From the NCBI GenBank assembly GCA_963837955.1, contig CAWIPH010000002.1, positions 2,208,001 through 2,272,000 of the forward strand: DNA of 64,000 bases. Reading direction: 5' to 3'. The DNA comes from an uncultured Verrucomicrobiae bacterium (GTDB lineage: Bacteria > Verrucomicrobiota > Verrucomicrobiia > Chthoniobacterales > JAFAMB01). The notes beneath the pieces are model-generated. The model did no database searches. It saw only the letters and a list, made by a program, of their open reading frames with translations, and was not told where the DNA came from. Every line of letters starts with the position of its first letter. The stretch's first letter is position 1. Position numbers and translations under genes: made by a program. Positions 1 through 9,390 of the stretch are shown here, piece after piece.

Positions 1-1
1 T

Positions 2-1183
2 GTTCGTCAGTTGCTCGAGTCCGGTTGCGACGACTCGCATCCGGGTAGCGAAGTCCTGGGCGATCTGCGCTTCCCTCGTCCGGTCGACGAGGCCAACTCT
101 GTCGGCGAGCTGCCGCAGAATCGGAAGTGTTTCGTTCGCGCGAATCGGAAACGGAAGCACGAGGCCTTGTTGGTGGCGGTCTTCGGGCAGGAACGAGATT
201 CCAAGCCGCATCGCATCTCGAGCGGATCGAGGTCGAACGACACGCCCATCCAGTCGGATCTCGCCGCGGTCGGGATGGGTGATGCCAAAGAGCATCTGGG
301 CGATTTCCGAGCGGCCGGCGCCGACGAGACCGAAGAAACCCAGGATCTCGCCGGACCGCACGTCGAAGCTAACGTCCTCCACGAAACCAGCGCCAGAGAG
401 TCTCTGCACGCTGAGGACCGGCATTCCGATCTTAGTATCTTCCTTCGGAAAAAAGGCGCCGGGTTCGGTGCCGATCATGTGACGAACGGTTTGTTCCGGA
501 GTGAGATCGGCGGCGGAGGACGTGATAATGCGCTTGCCTGAGCGCAGGATCGTCACTTCATCGCCCAATCCCAGGATCTCGTCGATGAAGTGGCTGATGA
601 AAAGAATCGCCGCGCCTTGCTTCTTCAGCCGCTGAACGATCTCGAAAAGGCGGTCTACTTCACGACTTGAGATGGTCGACGTGGGTTCATCCATGACGAG
701 CACGCGGGCATCGATGGACAGAGCTTTGGCGATCTCGATTGCCTGACGCTCGGCTATACCAAGCATCTTAACCGGCACACGAACGTCGATCTCGATGCGC
801 AGACTCGATAGCAGCTCCTCCGCTTTGCCTGTCATCGCCGTCCAGTCGATTCGGCCCATCCGCCGCGGCTGGCGGCCGGCAAAGACGTTCTCCGCTACCG
901 AGAGATCGGGAAAAACGGCTGGGTGTTGATGAATAACAGAGACGCCCTGCCGCCGCGCATCGGCGGCGCTAAAGATCGTGGTCTCCATCCCGTCTTTCAG
1001 GATGTGGCCGCTGTCCGGTTGATGAATCCCACCCAGGATCTTGACGAGCGTGCTCTTGCCAGCCCCGTTCTCGCCGGCAAGAGAGTGCACCCGCCCCGCG
1101 TAAAGACTCAGATCGACGTCGCTCAGAACCTCGACCGGTCCAAAGCGCTTCGAGATACCGCGAAGCTCAATGACAGGAGTCAC
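2..1183 (-). CDS. Sugar ABC transporter ATP-binding protein (CUT2), partial; runs off the left edge
   Basis: Manual minus-strand translation from GTG at 1183 gives [45 protein letters not shown] (Walker A), later VLVMDEPT (Walker B). Missing from the ORF track because its stop is outside the window. Confidence 0.9.
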   Translation of the reverse strand, partial: MTPVIELRGISKRFGPVEVLSDVDLSLYAGRVHSLAGENGAGKSTLVKILGGIHQPDSGHILKDGMETTIFSAADARRQGVSVIHQHPAVFPDLSVAENVFAGRQPRRMGRIDWTAMTGKAEELLSSLRIEIDVRVPVKMLGIAERQAIEIAKALSIDARVLVMDEPTSTISSREVDRLFEIVQRLKKQGAAILFISHFIDEILGLGDEVTILRSGKRIITSSAADLTPEQTVRHMIGTEPGAFFPKEDTKIGMPVLSVQRLSGAGFVEDVSFDVRSGEILGFFGLVGAGRSEIAQMLFGITHPDRGEIRLDGRVVRPRSARDAMRLGISFLPEDRHQQGLVLPFPIRANETLPILRQLADRVGLVDRTREAQIAQDFATRMRVVATGLEQLTN

Positions 1184-1326
1184 TAAACTCCACCCCAAAT
1201 TGGTATCGTTCGGGTTCCGCGCCCAAGTGACGCCTCTGGGCTCTCCTGATGGCGCTGGTTTCACATCGGTATTGGCACGAGCCCGTAACCTTCCGGTTGC
1301 GTCCGCGCGTCCTCTCCGGACGATGA

Positions 1327-2334
1327 TTAGAAGTTGTAATCCTTGACGTTCTCTGGTGTGAACTGAAGCGGCTCGCCGGTGATGATTTGTCCTGTGGAGT
1401 CGATCTCATATTTACCCGGCCACTTTCCGTTTGTGATCGTAAAGGAATCACCAGGCTTCCCCTGAATCTTTCCCTCGGCGAAATATTTTGCCGCATAGTA
1501 GGTGACATAACCGAGTTTGATTGGATCCCAGAGGTAGAATCCCTGGATGGTGCCATCAAGCATGTATTTGCTAGTGATACTCGGGACGCAATTACCGGAT
1601 ACCTTGATCGTGCCTGCCTTGTGCACGGACTCGAGGGCCCGCGCGACCGCCGGAAGACCTGGGCAAGTTGGAGCAAAGATTCCCGCGAGATCAGGATACT
1701 TCGTGGTCAACGCAACCGTCGCGTCGAAGGCCTTTTGTTCGTTATCGTATCCGTAAACCTCATCTACCACTTCGATGTCTTTGTATTTCTTGAGTTCATC
1801 CCGGAACGCTTTGATCCAAGCATTCTGATTCGCAGCGGTCGGCTGGGCAGATACGATTGCGACTTTTCCCTTTGGTCCCATAGCCTTGACCAATAACTCG
1901 GCGCCGTATCTACCAATTGAATCGCTCGTCGCCTGATTGACAAAGAATGGACGGCCTTCGGGATTCGAATCCGCGTCGAAGGTGACCACCTTGGCGCCGA
2001 GTTTTTGTGCTCGCTTCATCGCGGGTACGACCGCATCGGGATCGCTCGGGGCGATCGCGATCGCGCGGATATGCCGATCTGCCAAATTGTTGATGAGTTC
2101 GACCTGCGCCTGCCCGCTCGATTGGGTTGGGCCGTAGTTGTTGGCGGTTCCTCCGATCTCCTTAGCGGCAATCCGAGCGCCTTCCAGCGTGGCGTTATAG
2201 TACGGATTCGTCGTCTCCTTGATCACCATGGCTAGCTCGAAATCGTCCGCCTTGGCCGCAGTCGGTCCAATGGTCAGTAAGGCCAACGTCGTTAATAATG
2301 TTAGTGACACTAGCAGATGCCGTTTCGCGCCCAT
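1327..2334 (-). CDS. Sugar ABC transporter substrate-binding protein (rhamnose/LsrB-like)
   Basis: Signal peptide; motifs NPYY, VVTFDADS, FVNQAT, QNAWI, LWDPIKLGY. Start uncertain (2334 or 2430). Confidence 0.88.
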   Translation of the reverse strand: MGAKRHLLVSLTLLTTLALLTIGPTAAKADDFELAMVIKETTNPYYNATLEGARIAAKEIGGTANNYGPTQSSGQAQVELINNLADRHIRAIAIAPSDPDAVVPAMKRAQKLGAKVVTFDADSNPEGRPFFVNQATSDSIGRYGAELLVKAMGPKGKVAIVSAQPTAANQNAWIKAFRDELKKYKDIEVVDEVYGYDNEQKAFDATVALTTKYPDLAGIFAPTCPGLPAVARALESVHKAGTIKVSGNCVPSITSKYMLDGTIQGFYLWDPIKLGYVTYYAAKYFAEGKIQGKPGDSFTITNGKWPGKYEIDSTGQIITGEPLQFTPENVKDYNF

Positions 2335-2596
2335 TACAAACTTCTGGGTCTCCGCGAATGCGGAATTTAAGCCCGCCAGGCCGATCGCCGGCACTGTGAG
2401 CATCAAGTTCAGGGGGGGACTCATCTTCATATTGCTCGGTTCGCTCTTTTCTAAGATTGATGAAACATCGGAACGTTGCACTTGATCGGCCGGGCGAAGT
2501 AAGGGGGGAGGGGCTCGGTCGGAGTGCCTAGTTTGCTATACTAAGAGAGAAGGACTGCTGGCGCGAACTGCTAATTTACGCCAGAATTATCGCAAA

Positions 2597-3763
2597 ATGC
2601 GCGCGAAGCACCGGAAACGGACCATCCTGCTGGCGTTAACATCGACCCACCACGGATTCTATCATGGCGCAGCGCGGTATGCCGCCGAGCACGATTGGCA
2701 CGTCGTCGCCGATATGATCTATGACGCTACGATACCCGTCGGCTGGAAAGGCGATGGAATCCTTTCCTTTGTCGGACATTGGGAAGAATTGGCGAACTTT
2801 GTGGTCTCAGCCCACATTCCAGTCGTCGAGATTTCGTCTGTGCGAAAGGATCTGGGAATCCCGTGTGTCATGGAGGACAATGCGGCCATCGGCCGTCTCG
2901 GCGCAGAGCATTTGCTCGAAAGAAATCTCAAGAATTTCGTCTGGGCGCCATTCTGGGATGACTCAGTTAACGAGGAACGATTTCAGGGATTTGCTACGGC
3001 CGTCCGCTCGGCCGGGTTCGACTGTGTCCGGCTGCTACCCGTAAACACTCGCCGGAGCGCCCGCACGAGCAGGCGCATGAACCAGACGTTACGCCGCCGG
3101 TGGGTGATCCACACCATTCGGTCGCTGCGCTATCCGCTGGGCATCTTTTGCTACAACGACTGCGTTGCGGCAGATATTGTTGACGCCTGCATCGAATCCG
3201 AAATTCAAATTCCAGACCAAGTTGCGGTTCTGGGCGTGGACAATGACCCCGTGATTTGCGATTGCGTGCAGGTACCGCTATCGAGCGTCCGGCATGATTT
3301 GGAGGGAATGGCATATGAGGCAGCAGCGCTGCTCGATCGCCTGATGGATGGCGAGCCACCACCGGAGATACCCAAGCGAATCACGCCAAAAGGAGTGGTA
3401 ACGCGAAAAAGCACCGAAGTTCTCGCCGTGGAGAACCCTGACGTGGCGTGTGCGCTCGGCTACATTCAAGAAAACTTTCCTAAGGGCAATTTGTCAGTAG
3501 ACGACGTAGTCGCTCACGGCCGCGTTCCGCGCCGCTCGCTGGAGCGCGCCTTTCGCGATGAACTCCAGCGCACGATACTTCATGAGATTCTCCGGGTGCG
3601 AGTTAACCACGCGCAAAAGCTGCTGGAGACAACTCCGCATTCGGTCACCGATATTGCAATCCGCTCTGGCTTTGCCAGCCTGAACCATTTCTATCGAGTG
3701 TTTCGTGATCGGACTGGCTTGACACCACGGGCGTTCCGGCTCGCGCGGCAACTGTCAATGTAG
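2597..3763 (+). CDS. XylR-type transcriptional regulator (periplasmic-binding-like sensor plus C-terminal AraC HTH)
   Basis: IPDQVAVLGVDND and PLSSV motifs; AraC signature IAIRSGFASLNHFYRVFRDRTGLTPRAFR; divergent from the ABC operon. Confidence 0.9.
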   Translation: MRAKHRKRTILLALTSTHHGFYHGAARYAAEHDWHVVADMIYDATIPVGWKGDGILSFVGHWEELANFVVSAHIPVVEISSVRKDLGIPCVMEDNAAIGRLGAEHLLERNLKNFVWAPFWDDSVNEERFQGFATAVRSAGFDCVRLLPVNTRRSARTSRRMNQTLRRRWVIHTIRSLRYPLGIFCYNDCVAADIVDACIESEIQIPDQVAVLGVDNDPVICDCVQVPLSSVRHDLEGMAYEAAALLDRLMDGEPPPEIPKRITPKGVVTRKSTEVLAVENPDVACALGYIQENFPKGNLSVDDVVAHGRVPRRSLERAFRDELQRTILHEILRVRVNHAQKLLETTPHSVTDIAIRSGFASLNHFYRVFRDRTGLTPRAFRLARQLSM

Positions 3764-3787
3764 AGATGTGCCGGGCAGCGCGTGGTC

Positions 3788-3853
3788 ACGGAGGCTGGCT
3801 TGTCCGCCGAGGTTAGGGCTTTAAGGGAACGGAGGCTGGAAGCATCCGTCTAC
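3788..3853 (-). repeat. REP-like repeat family F (GTAG plus imperfect palindrome, with internal module)
   Basis: Reverse complement reads GTAGACGGATGCTTCCAGCCTCCGT...CTCGGCGGACAAGCCAGCCTC; related to 8391-8485 and 39874-39970. Confidence 0.6.
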
Positions 3854-3877
3854 GCTAATGTCTACCTAATGCGCGAT

Positions 3878-5482
3878 TCAGGACAGATCGTCGCTCGACA
3901 TGGTCGGTTTCTCGCGAATCACTTCTTTCGCATCCTTGTCTTCTCTGACTCCGAGAAAGACCGGCTGGCGGAGACGATCGTCTCGAGTCCACTCCGCAAA
4001 TTTCACTTGGCAGACAATAGCCGGTTCTACCCAATGGCAGCGCTTCATTTCGGAAGCTGTCATTGGCTTGCCATATGGACCGCTCCGCGTTTCGGGAAGA
4101 TCGACAAAAGGGCATTGATCCCTTTCAATTTTGTTGAGCTTAGAAAAAAGAATGCGGAGAAGCTTTTCATTGAAGCCGGTGCCGACTTTGCCGGCAAACT
4201 TGAGTTTCTCGTCTTCATAAACGCCAACCAAGAGCGCGCCAAAATACTTGCGACTTCCTTCCGGATCGGTGTATCCGCCGATCACGAACTCTTGTTCCAG
4301 TTGCAGTTTGAGCTTGATCCAAGCACCGCTTCGTTTTCCTAACTCATATCTGGAGCCAACCCGCTTTCCAATCAGACCTTCGACACCAAGCTCTCTCGCG
4401 CGTTCCAGGAGGTCTGCACTAGCGTTTTCGATGGAGGCAGAATACCGGATTACACCGGGAGGCTCCTTGAGAAGCTTTTCCAGCTCTGCCTTTCGTTGTT
4501 CGACCGGAAGATTGTAGAGGTCCTTTCCATTCAGGCGTAACAGATCAAAGGCATAATAAAATATCGGCGGGCGCTTTTCACCCATCTCAAACGCTTGGAG
4601 CAATTGGAAAGATGAATGCCCGCCATCGTCTAATGCTACGATCTCTCCATCGATAATGGCATCCCGAACATCCAGCGCGGAGATCGAATCCATCACTTCG
4701 GTGAACTTTCCTCCCAAGTCTTTTTCGTTGCGGGATAAGAGGCGCGCTTCGCTGCCTCCGCGCAGAGCCAGAGCGCGAAAGCCATCGAATTTGATTTCGT
4801 AGATCCAATTGCCAGCCGGCATCGACTCGACCAGCTTTGCTTTCATTGGCTCGACAAAGGCAGGAACCGGTGCGGAACCGGTCGATTTCCTCTTCATCAA
4901 TCGACTCGACTTACTGGCCGGCCTTGACTGCCAAACCCTGTCCCCCTTCGACAGTTCCTTCATACTCTTACCGGAGACGGCGGAGGTATCGTCCAGCTTT
5001 TTGGAAACCGGCTTCATATCCTCCCCGGCTTTGATCAGCAGCCACTGTTTTGGATCCCGCAGCCGAACCAAATACCATTCACCTTTGAGTTTAGTGCCAT
5101 TCAGTAAGACGTGAAGTTTTCCACTCTTTAGCTCTTTAGTAGGCGTCTTGCTCAGTGGTTCGAAGGTTCCCAGATCCCATACCATCACTGTGCCTCCGCC
5201 ATATTGTCCCTTCGGAATCGTTCCCTCAAAATCGATGTAGGAAACCGGATGGTCTTCTACCTCGACGGCTAGATGCTTTTCTCCCTTGGCGAATGGGATG
5301 CCTTTCGGGACGGCCCATGATTTGAGCGTTCGGCCCAGCTCAAGCCGGAAATCGTAATGCAATCGGGAGGCATCGTGCTTTTGCACCACAAAGCGATGGC
5401 CCTTGCCGCTCTTCGAGAGCTTGGCATCAGGTTCCGCCGTCTTCTCGAAATTCCGTTTTCTGGCGTATTCTTTGAGCGACAT
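3878..5482 (-). CDS. ligD: NHEJ DNA ligase D: 3'-phosphoesterase plus ATP-dependent ligase, no polymerase domain
   Basis: PE motifs FVVQKHDASRLHYDFRLE, SWAVPKG, EDHP, GTVMVWD; ligase motifs EIKFDGFR, DGEIV, FDLL, EGLIGK, WIKLK, LRQPVFLG. Confidence 0.92.
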   Translation of the reverse strand: MSLKEYARKRNFEKTAEPDAKLSKSGKGHRFVVQKHDASRLHYDFRLELGRTLKSWAVPKGIPFAKGEKHLAVEVEDHPVSYIDFEGTIPKGQYGGGTVMVWDLGTFEPLSKTPTKELKSGKLHVLLNGTKLKGEWYLVRLRDPKQWLLIKAGEDMKPVSKKLDDTSAVSGKSMKELSKGDRVWQSRPASKSSRLMKRKSTGSAPVPAFVEPMKAKLVESMPAGNWIYEIKFDGFRALALRGGSEARLLSRNEKDLGGKFTEVMDSISALDVRDAIIDGEIVALDDGGHSSFQLLQAFEMGEKRPPIFYYAFDLLRLNGKDLYNLPVEQRKAELEKLLKEPPGVIRYSASIENASADLLERARELGVEGLIGKRVGSRYELGKRSGAWIKLKLQLEQEFVIGGYTDPEGSRKYFGALLVGVYEDEKLKFAGKVGTGFNEKLLRILFSKLNKIERDQCPFVDLPETRSGPYGKPMTASEMKRCHWVEPAIVCQVKFAEWTRDDRLRQPVFLGVREDKDAKEVIREKPTMSSDDLS

Positions 5483-5521
5483 GGGTGTTTGTTAAATCGC
5501 AGAACCTGGCAGCAATATCGT

Positions 5522-6082
5522 TTATCCTTCCACGATCCTTTTCAGGAGATTGAACGCTGCAACCTGCTTACCCTCTTCCAGAACGGCCATCGCCTCCCGG
5601 ACCCGACGCTTGAGCTCTTCCACTTCGTAACGGTTATCCGCAACTTGCTCGCTCGGCCGAGGTTTGGGGAATTCTAGCAGTTTGTCCGGCGGCGCCTTTT
5701 CGAAACGCTCCTTCTGCACTCGATCTACTTTTGCCGATGCCTTCTCTTTTTTCGTTTCCGGTTTTGGCGTCGGTTTAGGTTCTCGATCGTTCTTCGAAAC
5801 AGGAATGGATTCGAGTAAGTCGTATTTGATACCTATGACGTGTTGGTCGAGGAACGCTTTAAGTGGTTTTGGAAAGATGAGAAATTGCCGAGATGTTCCC
5901 TTTTCAAAACCAATTGTCCCGTGGTCGGTTTTCGCGCTCCCGGACTCTTGGTATACAGTCATAACGCGATTCGATTTTATTGCCGCCTGTAATGTCTTGT
6001 CCTTAGCCGGGTCAATGAGCAAGAGATGAGTATCTGGTTTCCCGCACGACTCGACGATTTTTGAAAAGCGGACTGTCTTCAT
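5522..6082 (-). CDS. Hypothetical protein immediately upstream of ligD
   Basis: ATG at 6082 (MKTVRFSKIV); globular N-terminus, Lys/Pro/Glu-rich linker, helical C-terminus; 39 bp from the ligD start. Confidence 0.7.
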   Translation of the reverse strand: MKTVRFSKIVESCGKPDTHLLLIDPAKDKTLQAAIKSNRVMTVYQESGSAKTDHGTIGFEKGTSRQFLIFPKPLKAFLDQHVIGIKYDLLESIPVSKNDREPKPTPKPETKKEKASAKVDRVQKERFEKAPPDKLLEFPKPRPSEQVADNRYEVEELKRRVREAMAVLEEGKQVAAFNLLKRIVEG

Positions 6083-6345
6083 GAAAGCCTTGGATTCGAA
6101 AAAGAATATTCCGCAAGAATAAACCTTATTCTTGCACTTAATAGGAAAGCGCGAGAACGCGTTTTTTGAACAGAAGGAAACTGAGATAACAGCACGGCAA
6201 GGCGCAAGCAAGGTGATTGGTGAGAGGTGAGAGGGCGGAAGCGAAGGATGAAGACCTGACTAGATTCTAAACTACGGTAACTGGAGATTCCGCGGGGCCG
6301 CCCATGCGCGTCAGCGTAAGGCTTAGAAGCATGCGCAGAAGATTC

Positions 6346-6572
6346 GTCCCGGAGGGACTCAATGAAAGTAGCCCAGTACGAAGTGCTGGGAAATAATGCA
6401 AAAAGAGGCGTCCGTCCCGCCAGGGACGATCGAAGTGTTTTGGCTCCAGGTCCTCTCGTATGCAGCTTCACCAACGTAAGGAACCCTCGATCGTCCCGTC
6501 CGGGACGGGCCGTTTTTTTCACGCCACCCCAGCACTTCGTACTGGGCTACTTTCATTGAGTCCCTCCGGGAC
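6346..6572. repeat. REPIN-like palindromic element family A, copy 1
   Basis: Perfect 45-bp inverted arms (6346-6390 and 6528-6572) containing GTAG+CCCAGTACGAAGTGCTGGG; inner GTCCC-N4-GGGAC hairpins; second copy at 62474-62698. Confidence 0.9.
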
Positions 6573-6700
6573 AGCTCCTCTCTGCACATATCCATTTGTC
6601 ATCTGTCATGCGCTTCGCCAGACGGCTCTGATCAAAACTCAATGCATCTCGTCTGCTTCCCAACCTTTGCGCCTTTGCGTCTTTGCGTGAGATTTTCCTG

Positions 6701-8305
6701 TTAGACGTAAGACCACCCTTTCAGGCGATAGATTATCGCCAGCAGACGGGTGACGAACGCTCCCAGAATAGTAATGATCACGCCGAGCAAAATCTCTTCT
6801 GGCTGGAGCCTCTCGGCCTCCCATTGTAAAAAGAGCGATAAGGCGAGCCCCCAGATGAACGCTATCTCCGGGAAGAGTTCGCCCTGGAGGCTCGGAACCA
6901 AGTGATCGTGACGCAACAAGTCACGCATTAAACCGCCGAACGACGCGGTTATAACGGCGGAGATCGGTCCCCACAGCCAGAGCGGTTGCGCTGATGTGTC
7001 GAGAACCACAACCACGCCCACGACGAGAAACGCGGCAAGACCAAGGGCGTCAAAGGCTTGGATTAGAACCCGTCCCAAATTTCCTTTTAATTGCCAGGAG
7101 TGAACGAAACGCTTGATACCGGCCAGCGACGTGATTTTGATGAATAGCATCCCTGCTATGACCGTGCCGAATATTGTTAGCAGGATCAGCGGATCCCGAA
7201 CAATCCCGAGCGGCTCGCGGCGCAACAGGAGATCCCGAACCACGCCACCGCCGACCGCGGGAAGACTCGCTAGGACCACCGCCCCGAACAGCGTAGCGCG
7301 GCCAGCGTATGCTAACACGACGCCAGACAGTGCGAACGAGACCGTGCCAAGGGCGACGAGCACCCGAAACCAATCGCTATCGAGGGTCTGGTGAATCAGG
7401 ATCGGTAGGGCATAGGCATTGGCAATGCGCTGGAAATCGCCGTTTCGCTTTATTTCATCGATGGCAGCGTCGAGCCGGGTCTGCATCTCCGGGGTCTGGG
7501 ATACGCGGCTAAGCATGAAGTGGATATCGGTGGAGAAGCGAAATGGATGTTCTTCTACCAAACCGCTCTTTTGCTGACGCCAGGCGGTAGTGGCGGCGAC
7601 GATACGGTCAGCGATGAACCCATCGATCGTTCCGCCTAAAAGATTCTGGAGGTTCTGGAGATCGTCGTCGACCCTGACGATCAGGTCACCATTTGCCGGA
7701 TCGGCAATAAATTCGTTGACCCGCGCATCGGCGTAGACGTACCCGGCGATCACACCGAGCCGGAAGCGCTCGTTTGCGAATCGGTGCAGCATCTGCTCGA
7801 TGGTTTGGAACGGATAGCGGGTGCTGGCTCCTTTGCGCAGGACAACCACGTCGGTCTCGTGGCGATAGGGCTTGGAGAAGTATGCGTACCGGTTACGCTC
7901 GGTGCTGTAGGTAGCGCCTGCGGCGATATCGGCGTTGCCGGCAGCGAGCGCGGCCAGATGCTTGTCCCAAGGTATGTCATTGATGATCAGGTTAACGCCC
8001 ATTACCCGCGCCACGGCCCGCTCGATCTCTACGTCGTAACCAGTTAGGACCTGAACCCCATGGCCGTACTCGAGGTACTGATACGGATCCCATGGGTACC
8101 AACCGCCTTGCAGAACCTTCCTATTGGACCTCGGTGCATGCTCAGTTAGCTGGTCAGAGGGCGATGCGGCAGACGAGCCTGCCGCGAGCGTACCGGCAAG
8201 CCAAATGAGAGCCACCAACGACCGAGCGCACAGAGAATTCTTCAAGTGCTTGCGTGAAAACAGACGATCATCGTCAGGGCGCCGCGAAGATCCCCTCGAC
8301 AACAT
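6701..8305 (-). CDS. Fusion of a polar amino-acid substrate-binding domain (SBP family 3) and a TRIC/UPF0126 membrane domain
   Basis: N-terminal GYDVEI..IPW..NADIAAG..TERNRYAYFSKPY; two C-terminal UPF0126 repeats (AVGGGVVRDLL, ASFGGLMRDLL). Start uncertain. Confidence 0.82.
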   Translation of the reverse strand: MLSRGSSRRPDDDRLFSRKHLKNSLCARSLVALIWLAGTLAAGSSAASPSDQLTEHAPRSNRKVLQGGWYPWDPYQYLEYGHGVQVLTGYDVEIERAVARVMGVNLIINDIPWDKHLAALAAGNADIAAGATYSTERNRYAYFSKPYRHETDVVVLRKGASTRYPFQTIEQMLHRFANERFRLGVIAGYVYADARVNEFIADPANGDLIVRVDDDLQNLQNLLGGTIDGFIADRIVAATTAWRQQKSGLVEEHPFRFSTDIHFMLSRVSQTPEMQTRLDAAIDEIKRNGDFQRIANAYALPILIHQTLDSDWFRVLVALGTVSFALSGVVLAYAGRATLFGAVVLASLPAVGGGVVRDLLLRREPLGIVRDPLILLTIFGTVIAGMLFIKITSLAGIKRFVHSWQLKGNLGRVLIQAFDALGLAAFLVVGVVVVLDTSAQPLWLWGPISAVITASFGGLMRDLLRHDHLVPSLQGELFPEIAFIWGLALSLFLQWEAERLQPEEILLGVIITILGAFVTRLLAIIYRLKGWSYV

Positions 8306-8390
8306 AATCTTCAGATGGGGGAAGTATTTAATACGGTCAAACCTAAAGCGTTGAGCTTGTATAGACCCTGCTCTTGCCAGAACCCACACC

Positions 8391-8485
8391 GGTAGTCACC
8401 AATCACCGATATGCTTCCTGAGGCCGGCCTGTCCGCCGTAGTTTGTGGGTTTTTGCGGGGAACGAAGGAGGAAGCATGAGGCTAC
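8391..8485 (-). repeat. REP-like repeat family F, ~95-bp composite copy
   Basis: Reverse complement aligns along its length with 39874-39970 (GTAGCCTSATGCTTCCTCCTTCGTTCCC...CCCACAAACTACGGCGGACA.GCC.GCCTCAGGAAGC..GTGATTGGTGACTA). Confidence 0.8.
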
Positions 8486-8640
8486 GTGTAATGTAAGAAC
8501 CAAAATTTTAGGATGTTTTCGTACTAGAAATTAGCTGGACCAACAAGGAAAAATCATAAGCAGAGACTAGATGGAATATTGAGATCGGATCCCAAATTTC
8601 TGCTTCCTGCGGTCGAGTTTGCCGGTTAGTCTCGACGTCT

Positions 8641-9045
8641 ATGAATCGTCGATTGGGCGTTTCGACACTGCTTCTTTTCGGCGTGTTTGTCGTTTCAGCT
8701 CTGGCAACATCGAATTATGAATACAAGCCCGGCGAGTACGTTACCGTCTCGGGCGGGAAGTCTCCTGACGGGCGATACTTGATAGCTACGCATGGGGAAG
8801 GGGACTTGGGTTATGACAACTGGCACGTCTATCTGATGGACGCCCAGACCGGAAAGAAAATCGGACCTCTCGAAGAGATAAAGGATCCGCTCGACACGGC
8901 CGCCGACGCCTACGCTGCGAAATGGTCTGCGGATTCCGGGCAGGTAGCGATAACTTACCGCGCCGACAGGCACGTCGCCGTCACGATCGTCTATCGCATC
9001 GCAAATCGAAGAGCCTACCTCGTAAGCGGGCCGACTCAGGACTAA
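8641..9045 (+). CDS. Hypothetical secreted protein
   Basis: Signal peptide; SPDGRY and WSADS motifs resembling beta-propeller blades. Confidence 0.7.
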   Translation: MNRRLGVSTLLLFGVFVVSALATSNYEYKPGEYVTVSGGKSPDGRYLIATHGEGDLGYDNWHVYLMDAQTGKKIGPLEEIKDPLDTAADAYAAKWSADSGQVAITYRADRHVAVTIVYRIANRRAYLVSGPTQD

Positions 9046-9390
9046 AGCAAACGATCACGTCTTAACTGGTAACAGTGCCAAAAGACGTTTCGACCTGCAC
9101 GTTAGATCTTTGGCTGCTTCAGCGTTTCTCTGACGCCGTGTTGTGGTCATTGTTACCGCGGAGCGGAAGGTTCCCGCCGTTGGGCTATTGGCTCGTTGGC
9201 CAGGAAAACAACGATCAAACCCGACAATCGCCAACAAGTTGATTGACCGATGTTTGGACCTAATCTAGCCTCTAAGCTCATCGCTCGAAGCACTCTTCGT
9301 GGTCGGGGTAAGCGTATACGGCGCATGCAGCGGGACCAGCGGCGCCACCACCCCCCAAACCATTTCTCAAGCATCGACTGGAGATAATTC

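Noticed and set aside
11..1186. Plus-strand ORFs 11-541 and 923-1186
   Set aside because: Antisense shadows of the minus-strand ABC ATPase.
6359..6595. Short MKVAQYEVLG ORFs on both strands (also at 62410-62682)
   Set aside because: They arise from the palindromic arms of family A; no independent coding evidence.
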